A stretch of 63,606 nucleotides of DNA, the filler included, from Octopus bimaculoides (lineage: Eukaryota), in NCBI RefSeq assembly GCF_001194135.2. It is 4 parts of 4 records of this genome, joined end to end, with 100 filler letters (N's around TTAATTAATTAA, not from the genome) between each part and the next. Parts side by side here need not be neighbours in the genome. Positions count along the whole stretch, not along the records: positions 25,028 to 49,173 come from NC_068997.1; 3 more parts are not named here. One strand, written 5' to 3'. The notes below the pieces were generated by a model. That model was not told the DNA's origin. It saw only the letters and a list, made by a program, of their open reading frames with translations, and made no database searches. The position numbers and the translations under genes were made by a program. Numbering within the stretch: position 1 is the stretch's first letter; the number at the start of each line of letters is the position of its first letter. Shown in pieces: positions 25,028-38,279 of the stretch.

Positions 25028-26518
25028 CCGTTCGATAGCTACTGACCTTGGTGAGAGAGACAAAAACCTGGCAATCTTATATCTACTTTTCCAGTGAAAT
25101 TCTTCACTGATATCGAAAAGGTGAAAACAAGCAATGTTAATTCTCTAAATGAAGTATTAACAGTAACTGCACGATAAAGTGTAGTATATTGCCACTTAAG
25201 TGTGGCTGACCCCTAGGGATGGATGTTACTGTTGCTTTTAGCCCCAGGAGGACATCTCCTCCAGCTGGCTTATCGACACACGACTGTGTCCATCGACATA
25301 TGAGTATGGTGACAGCCCTCCTTGCCTATTGCAAGTGACCAGTCACCATTGCTGTATTATGTAATTGAGACCGTGATAATGTAGTCTGCAGGCATGACGT
25401 CTCGAGGAACAATTCTATTGTATTTAACGACAGTGAGAAATGATTTGTCGATATTTCAAGGAAGTGGTTTAAATTCGATGGTAAAGAGAGCGAAATTATA
25501 AAGGGGATTACAACAATTGCCGGGGCTAATTCACATGCTTGCTTCATGATAAAATGACTAGTTACTGATGTAACTAAAATGAATATAATTGATATAATTA
25601 AGACAACATAAACCGATTTCTTTACAGATATATTTTTTTTTTGTGAAAGTTTAAAGAAAATATAAGAACTATATTCACCGTGTTCCCAAATAAAATCATG
25701 CTAGAATAATAATTATTTTATTACGGGATATTATTCATATTACAAAATATTATCAACATCTTACATGAGTTGTTGTTTAGCTCCAGCCAACACTTGTCGA
25801 ACAACTCTTTGATCAAAAGAATTTTTGTTGTGTGCATCTTGTAATTTAAGTGAGATTTGACTGCTATTTCTAGCATGTTAAGCGACTATGGAGACGTTTC
25901 TTTGGTCAGTAGTGATTATATCAGTCGCTGCAATTTTATGTGACATGATGAAGGGAGGTGTTGCTGGTAGTGGGAGGGTAGCATTTATCAGATCGGATAA
26001 CTGTGTGAGAAATCAGAAACAACTGGTGGGGGGAGGGTCAGGTGAAGTTTAGAAACATTTCACTGGCATATAACCACCTCATCCCCCTCCTCACTACAGT
26101 AAATTTCAGAAAAGGTCCTCCACCTACAATAAAAAAGCTAAAAAACAACCTTCATTACGTACATCATCACAACTATCATCACCATCGTCACCACCAACAA
26201 CAATACAATCATTACCGCCAGTACAGCCGCCACCGCTGCAGCTCCAGCCATCACCACTCGTACCAACAGCATCATCACCAACAAGTAAGGGAATTTCTAC
26301 AGATAATCTTGACCTGTCAGAAAAAGCAATCAAGTCTCCTTCAAGTTACTCCCTACCATCTCAAAGACATATAGGAATGTATAGCTGATTCAGAAGAAGC
26401 AAAACGAAAAAAAGGCTAGATGGTCACTGCGAGAACGCCTTTGATCAGTGGTCTGCTTGAGTAGGGTTTAGGGTTGACCTTGGGTAAATAACAACGTGTA
26501 CCATATCAAATTTTGCAA

Positions 26519-26975
26519 GGCGGGGAGCTGGCAGAATCGTTAGCATCTCAGGAAAAGTGATTAGCAGCGTTTCGTCCTTTTTACGTTCAGAGCTCAAAAT
26601 CGCCATGGTCGACTTTGCCTTTTATCCTTTTGCAGTTGGTAAAATAACTACCATTTGATCATTGGGGTCGATGTAATCGACTTATCTATCTCCACCCCGT
26701 GAAATTGCCGGTCTTTTGTCAAAATTTGAAACAGATATTTTGCAATATAATCCGCTTTCGTAATTCTTACATATGTTAATTGCAAAGCACAGTGCATATC
26801 ATTGGCAGAATCGTTAAAGTGTAGGGAAACATCTGTCCCACCTCATTACACTCTGCGTTCAAAGCTTACCGAGATAAACTCTGCCAGCCATCCTTTCAGG
26901 ATCAATAGACTAAAGCACCAATCTTATACCGGGGTCGTTAGAATCGGCTTACACCCTCTCGTCGAAATTATTTAC
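26519..26975 (+). mobile_element. Two adjacent SINE type A copies (about 26519-26735 and a more decayed 26782-26975)
   Basis: GGCAGAATCGTTA heads and GCCTTTTATCCTTT / GGGGTCG blocks. Confidence 0.8.
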
Positions 26976-28206
26976 TTCGTTCTTTCATCAGTATCTATTA
27001 TTCTTATTTTTTATAAAATTATCACAATACCAATGTGTAATACAAAGGGATAGGTTTATTTTAACCCAACTAGCGCTGTGAAAAGGGTGCCAATTGTTCT
27101 GGTGACTGTGCAATAACAATGTGATCCTACGCTGCGAATATTAATTTCCATATTCGTTGCAGTCTCTGTTACCTTTCCACTCTCTTTGCAGTCGAAATTC
27201 AGCCATTTCGTCGCCAAATTAAAAAATCGTTTTCATCTCTCACCATTAAATACTATAAAATTGTTTTTGTCGAAAAACTACTCAGCTTTCCCCAAAAACA
27301 TGTTAACTGCAGACGTCAGCCCCTTGGTCTTTAAACATATGTTACAGTAATAATGATTGGCCAAGTTGCTTTGAGGGAGGGGTCATTTTACACATGTCAC
27401 TATGTTGCTGATTGGTTACACGTATGACATCTACTAAAATGTAGAAAGCAAAAGATGAGAAAAGTTTTGCTGTTTTACAGATTAATTTGCAACATTTATC
27501 GATGAGGAATAACGGTTTTAAGGTATATACAACACTTCTTGAATTATCAGCTTTGAAATAAGTTGTCTCCAGCTTTGTTACACGAAACAGCAGTTAATGT
27601 TGGAAGTGTATCGACTTACCTATGCACCAACAATGGTGTCAGTTCACTCTCAAATCCCTTTTCACAGGATAACATAAAGAGTAATCCCTACTGGAATTTC
27701 TTTAACGGGAAGTCTGCTCAATTAGGGAAACTTTGAAGCTAAAGAACAAAGACCACAATAACGAAAACAACGAATGAACTTTGGTAGCTAATGTGCTTCT
27801 GGTAGTTACATTTAGTGTGTTAGCATTTTACTCTTTTCCATGCGGATCGCGTTCCTGGCTAATTATCGTTAGTCATTACACTGATTACCTATTACACATC
27901 TGGCAGTCATGGTTTGCCTCTTGAGGATCTCTCAGACCCGAAACACGTTCGCTGTTGTCATCGCCTCTGTCAGAAATCAAATTAAATTTTATCTTTACCT
28001 CATACATAATTTGAATTGAAATTAACTGAGATTTTGTTGCAGCTAACTCATTTTCAGGATTTTCGGATTTGAAGTTGTCACCCTTCCATCTCTTGTATAT
28101 ATCTAAGCACTGACCCAGCGTTTACCGGATGAAAGTATGTATAATCTTTCATTAATTAAAATTTTCTTCTTCGCTACCTTATGCGTGATCGTGCACACTT
28201 TACTAA

Positions 28207-28920
28207 TCTATATAATAATCTGCTTGTTCGTTCACCCGTTAGTTAAAGAGGTATAGGTGGAATGAGTGAGGGGTGGATTAAGCGTGAGAGAGGGAGGGGA
28301 GAGGAGTGACGAAAGAAGAAAGGAAAAAGTAGAGAAAGGTGATTAATACACTTAGGCCAAATGGTCACATGGTCAACAGAAGAGAGAGAGAGAGAGAGGT
28401 GTTAACAACGTGCGGTGGAGTTGGGAAGGAATATTTATTACGTGGTTAAAAAGTTAGCTGAACGGAAAGGTAGATAGGGAGAACTGGATAGGGGAGGCAG
28501 TTATATTGAGAGAGAGGTGCAGATAGCGGTGGTGGTGGTATTTTTGTTATTGAACTAATTTTTTTATAGGGACCATCGCATATGCTTAAGTGCAATTATT
28601 TATCGTTTGCTCACTTTAAAAAATGGTATTTGTTTATAAGGGTTAATTTAGCTTAAAATCGGATTCACAAGAAACACGGTTACAAGCTGCCCTAGAAAAG
28701 ATGCGCAGATATAGAGCACTGATTAGAGAGGAACAGCGAGAAGATATAACAAAAAGAGGAAAAAGACAACACTGACGTAAAGAAATGAATGTAGACGAAC
28801 ATCAAGAATATTTAAAGAAAGCGAAATTATGAATGATATAGACTAGCAAATCATTCTTGCTTTCTCAAATAAGTCCTCTTAATTTTTTCCATTTCATGGA
28901 AATTACACGGGTCCTACTAG
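28207..28920 (+). mobile_element. Non-autonomous Helitron-like element
   Basis: A|TCTATATAATAA 5' end, subterminal hairpin TTTCCA-TTTCA-TGGAAA, CTAG|T 3' end; internal E/R/K-rich frame ETRLQAALEKMRRYRALIREEQRE. Confidence 0.6.
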
Positions 28921-29025
28921 TGTAAAATAAATCGCTCTATTTATCTTTTATATGTGTCTTTACTTGCCATCGTGTATTTGCTGACCTCTTTGTTGTATTA
29001 CGATACAAGTAAATTGAAGAAGCAG

Positions 29026-29640
29026 GCGCAGGCGTGGCTGTGTGGTAAGAAGCTTGATTCAAGGCGGCGAGCTGGCAGAAACGTTAGCACGCCGGGCGAA
29101 ATACTTAGCGGTATTTCGTCTACTGTTACGTTCTGAGTTCAAATTCCGCCGAGGTCGACTTTGCCTTTCATCCCTTTCGGAGTCGATAAATTAAGTACCA
29201 GTTACGCACTGTAGTCGATGTAATCGACTTAATCCCTTTGTTTGTCACCTTTGTGTTTAGCCCCTTGTAGGCAATAAAGAAATAAGAAGCTCGATTCACA
29301 GCAACATAGTTCCAGGTTCAGTCCATTGCTTGGCACTTTGGGCAACTGTCTTCTACTATAGACTCGGACCGACCAAAGCCATGTTAAGCTGTCGTATATA
29401 TATACATTCATATATAGGTGTGTTTCTGTGTCTGTGTTTGTTCTCCACCACTGCTTGACAACCGGTGTGGGCTTGTTAACGTCCCCGTACTTCAGCGCTT
29501 CGGCAAATTCACACCAAGAGAATAAGTACCAGTCTTTAAAAAATAAGTACTTGGGTGGAGTCGATTCAATCAACTTTAAAATTCTCCAAGGCGGTGCCCG
29601 AGCATGGCCGCGGTCTAATATCTGAAACAAGTAAAATATA
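29026..29640 (+). mobile_element. SINE type B interrupted by a SINE type A (29061-29282)
   Basis: Type B head, then a full type A copy, then type B resumes; TAAGAAGCTYGATTC duplicated at 29046-29060 and 29283-29297. Confidence 0.92.
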
Positions 29641-30484
29641 AAAGGTGAAAAAATACATTTGGCGGAAATATACGATGAAGGAACACAACTTATTAGCACA
29701 CCGACTGACATATTGTCTGTCGATATCAACGTGATTAAGAAATACTGCAATAACATGTCTAGTTGAAAAAACTAAAACGTATGTTTATCTGCTTTCTTAC
29801 TCAGAAAAATAGGATAGAAGAGATTATTGCCAACTAGTTTAATACTTCTCCCTCTTTATTTTGATTTCACTAAAAACAAAAACTAAGCTTCACTGGAACA
29901 GTTTTTAATTAAAAATGAGATTGCAATTCTTTATGTTATTCTTCATTAATTTTTGAATTAAATTCGAAGGCAGTAAAGAATTTTGTTATTATTAAATATG
30001 AGCAACCCCCTATAGCAGAGAACACGCTCAAGTGAGATATCCTTATTTACGAGAATTTTGCCATTCTTATTTGCTTCTAACCCCACCCCCACTTCTTGTC
30101 TTTTTTCTCTGCTTCTCTCTGTCTTTAACTCCTCCTCACCTTCACCATCACTTTCCTTCAATCCCTCGCAATTATTTTCCCATCCAGACTTCTCGAATGT
30201 TCTATCACCTCATCGCATACCCTTCATAAACCCCTTCTTCCTCTCTATGTCATTTTTCTCTCTTTCTTTCCTCATTTCTCTCTCACTCACTTCCCTCTCA
30301 TAGCCATTCATCAATTTTCTCTTTCTCTCTCCCTGTCTCTCCCTCTTTCTCCCTCTCAATCCCTATCATTTTCACTGCTCTTTTCTTTTCATTATCACAT
30401 CTTTGATTTATATATTTAAATATCTTTCTCTCTCCCTCAGTTCCTCTCCCTGTCTCTAACTCCTCCTCCTCCTCCCTCATATGC

Positions 30485-30532
<48 letters not shown>

Positions 30533-30581
30533 GTTAATATGCCTATATATGCAAACATATATGCATATATATACATATGCA

Positions 30582-30618
<37 letters not shown>

Positions 30619-33600
30619 ATATATATGCACATAATAAAATTAAACATACATCCAATGGATACACAACCATATATATCGCTATGTAACTTTCTCTCTTAGC
30701 ACCAGCCGTCTCACCTACCTTCATCCACTTTTCATTTCAGCGATAATTAATGACGACAGATGACAGACTGAGAACAAGTCCTGCAGTTGTAATTTGTATC
30801 GATGACAATACATCGTCCTCACTGGTGCCTGTCTTTGTTCCTTGTACTTCTTTTTGTTTTTATATCATCGAGTCTACGTAATGAGTTTGTTTCTGTGTAT
30901 GGCGAGTAAGACTATGCGTACGAGAGATTTTTTTCCTATATGACCGATATGTACGCATGTGTGTATATGCACCTCTCTCTATCCTAAGTGGGGCCTTGTT
31001 ATATGTGTGCTTGTGTGTGCAATGTTTAATGTGTGTACATTTAGATAAATTTCAATGTGCTTCAATCTGTATGACAGTGCTTTTAGGTTGCGTATAAGTG
31101 AGAGATGTACTTGTATGTATGTGTGTGTGCGTGTGTGTGCGTATGTGTGTACGTGGGCGTGTTTATGAGTGTGTGAATGTATGCGTGTATTAATATTACT
31201 GAAAATGTATTCGGGGTGTGTCGGGTGTGTGGCATGCATTTTGGACATCAATCCATATTTTTAACATTATATTATTAAACTCGATGGAGGAAAAAAATTT
31301 GAAAACCAAAATATTAGAAATAGTACATTGCGTTTCGATAAATATACACATATAACGCAAAAACACAGACAATCAATCAGACGTAAAACTCAAACATATT
31401 CACACAAATACACTTACATGTAGACATGCACACACATGTACGCACACAAAACACACAGAGAGACACATGTCTGTGCATGCGTGTGTGTACATTACATAAC
31501 TGCATGTGCACATATATGTATGTATGCATGCATGCATGTATGTATGTATGTATGTATGTATATGTATATATATGTAATTAAAAAGGCAAATATTTGTTAC
31601 AATGCTGGTGTAAAGTGGTAGAGCAGAGAGAAAAATAAACAAAAATGAAAATATGACGAATGTCTGGGAATGTTCGGTGGATTCTGATAGAATGGCGGGC
31701 CAGTGTTTTTACAGCAAATATTGCAAGTTATTTGAACCAGAGAACAGTGAGAAACAATCCCAAGAAACTGGAATTAATTTTGATCTTTAATATTCTTCCA
31801 CCTTCCCTTGATATGGGTGACAAGATTAATGATTATGTCAACGATAAATGCTCAGACACACCAGATGTTTTTCACTCTAAGAGCTTCTTCCTCCTGCGAC
31901 ACAGACAAAAATGTTTTAACTTTCTCCCTTACAGATTCCGCCATTTGTCGCCGCCTAAATGCGGTGTTGATGTTATTCTACTGAAACTAATATTATTTTC
32001 CTATGACAGGTGGATTAAATCCATGTTGTGCCAATACTAAACTTATCAACAACATACTGTACAGTTACCACCCTGCACTCTGACATTACATAACATTCTG
32101 CAAAATAAACTGTTGTGTTGTTATGATTGAATGGATCTAAAATGAAAGGCTTTCGAGTCTCCTTGATTTAATTTCAGGAATAAGATACCTACGACGGCGT
32201 TGCTTGTTTCGTTGTTCTATTTTTGAGAGTAGCCAGTATCATGTGATTTGAGATAGATTCTGTAATTATTTCTAGCACGTCACGCTATGCTCCTTCATTT
32301 ATTTGTCTCTTGCAAAGTATATGTTAGGCAAATTATATCGGTTGTTTAGCCGTTGTAATTATTCCTTCCATATGTGCTGTTGATTGAGTAGACTTATGAT
32401 GAAGAGCGTCTTCTTTAAGCTATAGTGTACTTAAGATTACATGTGGGTTGCAGATGTCTCTTTCTAAATATATAAATTTGTTTCTTTGTGTGTACTACCT
32501 TCCCCTCACACACACATACATACATACATACATACATACATACATACATGCATGCATAATACATACATACATGTATATATATACATACATAATACATACA
32601 CACACATACATATACATGTATATATACATATATGTATATATATATAATTTTTTTTTCCCCCATATCTTTTGCATTATGTCTCTCTTTCTAGCTCCCTCTC
32701 TCCATCTCTCTCGCTCTCTCTCTCTTTATCTCATCCTATCCATTTTCGCTTCTTCAATCACTGCATTCTTTTGAATTAAAGCCTTACTTTTTGTCCATGT
32801 TGGCCATTCTGTCTCTTCTTTCCCACTTTTTCATTAATCTATCTATCTATCTATCTATCTATCACTATATATACACAAGAGAAAAAGGCCAGGTCAGTTC
32901 CTTCTCAATTTTATTCGATTGTCAAAGAATATGTATGAGAATATGTATATGTATATGTATTTTTCCATATGTGTATTTTCATACACTGTTTTTAACACTG
33001 TTTTTAACAATTTCACCTTAATATGACAATCAGTATGTAACACTACAAAGTTCANNNNNNNNNNCCTCAGCAGTTTATCCGTTGTTCGTGATGATTCTTC
33101 TCTAACCAAACCATTTTCCAGTTTCAAATCATCATCTGACCTTTACCTCTCACACAAAGGCACTTCATTTTTTTTTTCTGTTGCTTATTTCTTTCCCTTC
33201 TTATTCACACGCACATATTCACCCACTTCTGCTACACTCCTTAATTTACACACACACAGACACACACACACACACTCCTGCACCTCTTGTAGAACCAAGT
33301 GTCTGAGTTAATTAGAGCAGAAATAAACTAAATCTGATATTTCATCCAACCGAAACCATAGAGACGTGTACTGATGCCAATCACCATAACAGATACCGTG
33401 GAATCGTTCAGCGCTGAAATCATATTTGTGTCATTGCAACAACGACAGACCTGCATTAACCACACTAATTAGTAACGAGATTCGATTGAAAAAAAAAGGA
33501 AAAACAAAAAGAACTAAAGACAACTGAATGGCTGTAAAATGCTACACTAATGAGAATCATCTAGTCAACAAGGTTATTGGTCACTCGCGTTGTACATTAA

Positions 33601-33886
33601 TCGGCGAAACGGTCGCCAATCATATGAAAGAGTAATGATTTTAGGAATGAAGAGTAAAAAGATAAACGAAATAAATAAATAGATTATTTGTCTGACCTTT
33701 CTGATTGCAGCTTCTAATCGGAACGTGGTACTGTAGCCAAATCTAATTGTTTTCATTAGTTCGAAACTGCTTTTAATGCTTTTGCTAACACTAGATGACA
33801 CAGACAAAAAATCACTAATGAAATGTTGCTGTCTCGTGTTACTGGTTTCAAATCCCACTGGAGTCGTTTGCGTTAAAGGTTTCTAA

Positions 33887-34050
33887 GGCGGCGAGCTGGC
33901 AGACTTGTTAACGCGCCAGGTTTAGCAGCATTTCGTTCGTTTCATCGTTCTGAGTTCATATTCCGCCCAGGTATACTTTGTCTTTCATCTTTTCCGATGT
34001 CCCCAAAATTGCTTGTTTTGCGCTAATATTTGAAGATAATAATAATGGCA
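33887..34050 (+). mobile_element. SINE type A, internally deleted
   Basis: GGCGGCGAGCTGGCAG head, GTCTTTCATCTTTTCCGATG. Confidence 0.8.
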
Positions 34051-34849
34051 TCAAACTTAGGAGCACAAGACCAATAGTTTTGAGGCGAGGATGTAATTCA
34101 CTACCATCGATTTACTTGACTAGTACTTTATTTTATCTACTCGGTGGGGGCGGAGAGGGATTGGGTTACTTGACCTCAGCAGAATATGAACTCGGAAGAG
34201 AAAGTATCAGAAGAAACGCAAGTAATTTTGTTCTATGCTCTGACGACCGAGTTGACGAAAGGGGAGACGTATTTGTATCGTGGTTTTAGTTAGGCAGAAG
34301 AACGCGTTTATGACCTTCGGTCTTCCTGACCGATATAGCTTAGGTTGATCTTGGACTTAGGTGAGTCGACGACTGCAAGGAATTTCATAAGTGGAGATGG
34401 TGCTTCAGAATACCAAAGGATTGACTCCCTGGAGAGAGTTATTGTATTATTATGTTTAATGTATACATATGAAAGTGGCAAGATGGGAAACGTATTTGCC
34501 TGATGCGTCACGTAAGTAAATACTCCAGAGGATCAGAGGCCGTTGTAGCGTCAACACTATAAGAGTTAAAGTTAGGAGACCTTGCATATGTGTGCTAAAT
34601 GCTCTAAGATATTGCTGAGGGTGTGCTGTTGTCGTTTACTCTCTTGGCATAATTTTGGATCTAGTCCATAATATATGCATGTATTAGCAGTACCTTTTGT
34701 ATTTTCTAGCTGTGTTTTAGTGCTAACTATGTGAGTTTGCCGAGAAATATCATCACCAACATTAAACCTTAGCATTTATTGCGATTGTTTCTTTATATTG
34801 ATGAGAGACAATGCGTTGTTATATTCCTATGGTACATATATTTCATGTT

Positions 34850-35310
34850 TCTGTTTCAGAGGCAAAATAGGTTGATGAGATGTGACTATATTGAGTGTTT
34901 AGTGGGTGATTATGAAGAAGTGAAAACTTGTATCATCTACATAGGATTAGAGGAATCATAAGAGGCTGATGAATGCCATATTAGGGCAACTTACGAAGAA
35001 GAATTTTGCCAGATTCGGCCAAAGGCTGGTTGATGATGTGAAAACATCACGAAGCTGGAGGGCAAATGATGAATGATAGCGAGGTCAGAGGTCCCGATAG
35101 ATCCAGTTCTTTGGAAGATGTATTCATGGTCAGCGAAGAATGAGGTTAACTCAAGATGTTGGATGAAGAAATACTTAATGGATGCCTTCATCATTATTGT
35201 GACGTTAGAAGTGAAAGTAATAAGTGATAAGTTGGTAGGCGTAGAAGAACGACTTTTGAGAATTAATCCACATTACAGCTTGCTTCTGAAGACTGAGAGA
35301 GAACAAGACT
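34850..35310 (+). mobile_element. Very decayed RTE-like LINE fragment
   Basis: RCWMKKYLMD...LEVKVISDKLVGVEERLLR resembles the RTE post-RT region. Confidence 0.4.
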
Positions 35311-35432
35311 GAAAATCTAGCGAAGAAGAACTCTGTCATTGCTTTAAATTATTTAAGGCTAATGAAAGGCATGTGACTGGCACAAACTTTAGCATGTTTA
35401 ACAAAATGTTTGGTGACATTCCTTTCTTTTCT

Positions 35433-35640
35433 ACTTTAGGCACAAGGCCCGAAATTTTTGGGAAGGGGGGGTCAGTCGATTAAATCGACCCGAGTATGCA
35501 ACTGGCACTTAATTTATCGACCCCGAAAGGATCAAAGGCAAAGTTGTCCTCGGCGGAATTTGAACTCGGAAGGTAAAGACAGACGATATACCGCTAAGCA
35601 TTTCGCCCGGCGTGCTAACGTTGCTTCCAGCTCGCCACCT
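35433..35640 (-). mobile_element. SINE type A
   Basis: Well-preserved reverse copy; another plus-strand copy at about 35805-36020. Confidence 0.92.
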
Positions 35641-36184
35641 TAAAATGTTTGGTGACATTACGTCCATCTTTGCTTTCAGAGTTCATATTCGAGAAAATAA
35701 GCAGTAGTTGAGTGTTGAGATCGATATAATAGTTAAACCACACCCACTCTTCTCGAACTCGATGGCTTTGTGCCAAAATTCAAAATCATTAGGTCAAGCC
35801 AATCAAAGGCAGCAAACTGGCAGAAACGTTAGCACGCCTAACAACAATTTTAGCAGCACTTCGTCCGTCGTTACTTTCTGAGTTCAAATTCTTCTGAAGT
35901 CAGTTTCGCCTCTCATCCTTTCGGAGTCGATGAAATAAGTATCAGTTGAGAACTGTTGTCGATGTAATTGTCAAGCGTCTCCTCCAACATTTCAGGCCTT
36001 GTGCCCATAGCAGAAAGTATTATTTATAACTAATGAAAGATACATTACCATTACTGACGTCTGCGTTGACTGTGAAGTGGTTGAAGATGATTTCGCATTT
36101 GGAAAGTGTCCGTACGTGATGGAGTGTGGACGAAATGAGTGATAAGCTATGTTATTTTGTGGAGTTAGAAACAGTATCGAAACT

Positions 36185-36574
36185 GGCGTGGCTGTGTGGT
36201 GCAAAGCTTGCTTCCCAACTATATGGGATCAGTCCCACAGCATGGAACCTTGGACTGACCAAAGTTTTGTGAGTAGAGTTGGTAGATGGAGCCTGAAAGA
36301 AGCCTGTCGAGCTGGTATACGTATATATAATTGAGAAATTGTACAAGATGTGTAAATAGAGATGATGACTAAAGCATCGGCACAGTTACGATTACCTGTT
36401 GTTATCTGTAGATTTATTGCAGGAACTTCGTAGTGGCAGTTGGGGTGACAGTATCAATAAAATAGGGGATGCAATGTTTAATAGACTTTATTGGGTACAA
36501 CACATGTTTCTGGGTCTCTTCAGGTACATGAATAAAAAGTCTCACTAGAGAATGAGTAAAATCAGAGAAATATA

Positions 36575-36633
<59 letters not shown>

Positions 36634-36840
36634 TTTATGTTTGTCCTTTACCACCGCTTGATAACCGGTGGTGGTTTGTTTACATACCTGTACATTTGTT
36701 GTTCGGCAAAAAGTGACCGAAAGCATAAATACCACACTTCATGAAACATAAGCACTGAAGTCGATTTGTTTGACTAAAACCGTTGTAGTGCTGCCCCAGC
36801 ATGGCCAAAGTCCAATGAATGAAACAAGCAAAAGATAAAA
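36185..36840 (+). mobile_element. SINE type B head (36185-36320) and tail (36640-36840) separated by inserted sequence
   Basis: GGCGTGGCTGTGTGGT head; tail GTGCTGCCCCAGCATGGCC. Confidence 0.75.
36495..36527 (-). ncRNA. Decayed minimal hammerhead-like motif (PLE type)
   Basis: Reverse complement GTAC CTGAAGA GACCCA GAAA CATGTGTT GTAC, followed by AATAAA. Confidence 0.35.
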
Positions 36841-38166
36841 GATAAACAATGGGAAAACTTTCTTTGCGTAAGTCGTGAGTATGATGGAAGCGAGATGAAA
36901 TGCCAAAATTCATTTCGTTCGGCGCTCTACAGCTTTTGGTATTTCGTCTCTCCTCCTCTCAATAATAATTATTTCAATTTTTTTTCTCCATTGACAGTAA
37001 TCGATTATTAATACTTGTTATATTGACACCGGAAGGATCAGATTCAAATTTGGACATGCTGAAATCGCAGAACCTAGATGGACATATGATTTATGCAACA
37101 ACATGTGGAAATATATCACGTTTGCACTGAATTGTATCGCTCCTCACATCCTTCTCCTGGTTAATCGATTAAATCATTTATAGATTTTTTTCTTAAGCAA
37201 AAGAAAGAAGTAGCTGTAGTAAGAGTAGCATAGTATGGAACAGCAATAAATTGGGTAACACATATGCAATGTATATTGTTTCGTTTTTCAAACTGATTTC
37301 ACTGCATATTCTAATGTAAAATTTGATATTATTTATATATTAAATTTTACTTAATATCTTTTGCATTTTCAATTTTTTTTTTCGTAAATCTACTAACACT
37401 TCATTTGCTGCAAGTATATTTATGTAAACATTCCTTCATGTTTATTTTTGTGGGGGGGGGGGGTTGTGTGTAATTTTTGCCATACATTTTACGACTTCTC
37501 AGATTCTTTATGAACCTTTAGCAGATTACAAATATTAAACTGACTTTATTAAAATAAATATTTAGAGGAGTAAAATGAACAGAAAGGAAAAGCATAAACG
37601 TTAGCCTCATATTAAAATCAAATCGAACCCACAGCTAAGCAGGGCAACTAAGTGAATGGCAGTTTAAATATTAGGACAAGAAGCATATTGATTTCATCGA
37701 AACGTACCTGATGAATAAGAAATAGTACGTAATTACAGACAGTTTGGTCAAATTATATATATAATAAAAAAAAGGTTTGTGTGAGGAGGTTATGTTTAAA
37801 TAGCATTGTAGAAGAAGAAAATTCAAACTTAACGTCGTATTGTTCAAAGAGGTTTTACACGTCATTGAAATATTTACCCGACAAGAAAGTGATTTTGCTT
37901 AGAGGAGTCATCAACAGAAAGCGTTCTCGAAATGCTTTTTCATGTAATGTAATCATGTGTTTTATGCATTATTTTAGAGAATAAGTTTCAAATAGGTAAA
38001 AAGGAGAAGAGAAACTTAAGGTCGCTAAGTTGCGTAATTTGATCTTCTGTTAGTGTTCATTTATTGCTATTTGTTGCTATTGAATAATAGTTCAACTTTA
38101 TTTGATTATAAACGTATAGATTTGTACAATTATAAGAAAGAACTGTTATTATTAATATATTACTAA

Positions 38167-38227
<61 letters not shown>

Positions 38228-38279
38228 ATTGTTATTATTATATAAACTGTTCAATATTTGGTAGATTGAGGTAAATTTC

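Noticed and set aside
31660-32040. 126-aa ORF and a possible terminal exon at about 32009
   Set aside because: No domain or motif recognised; the implied intron would be only about 46 nt
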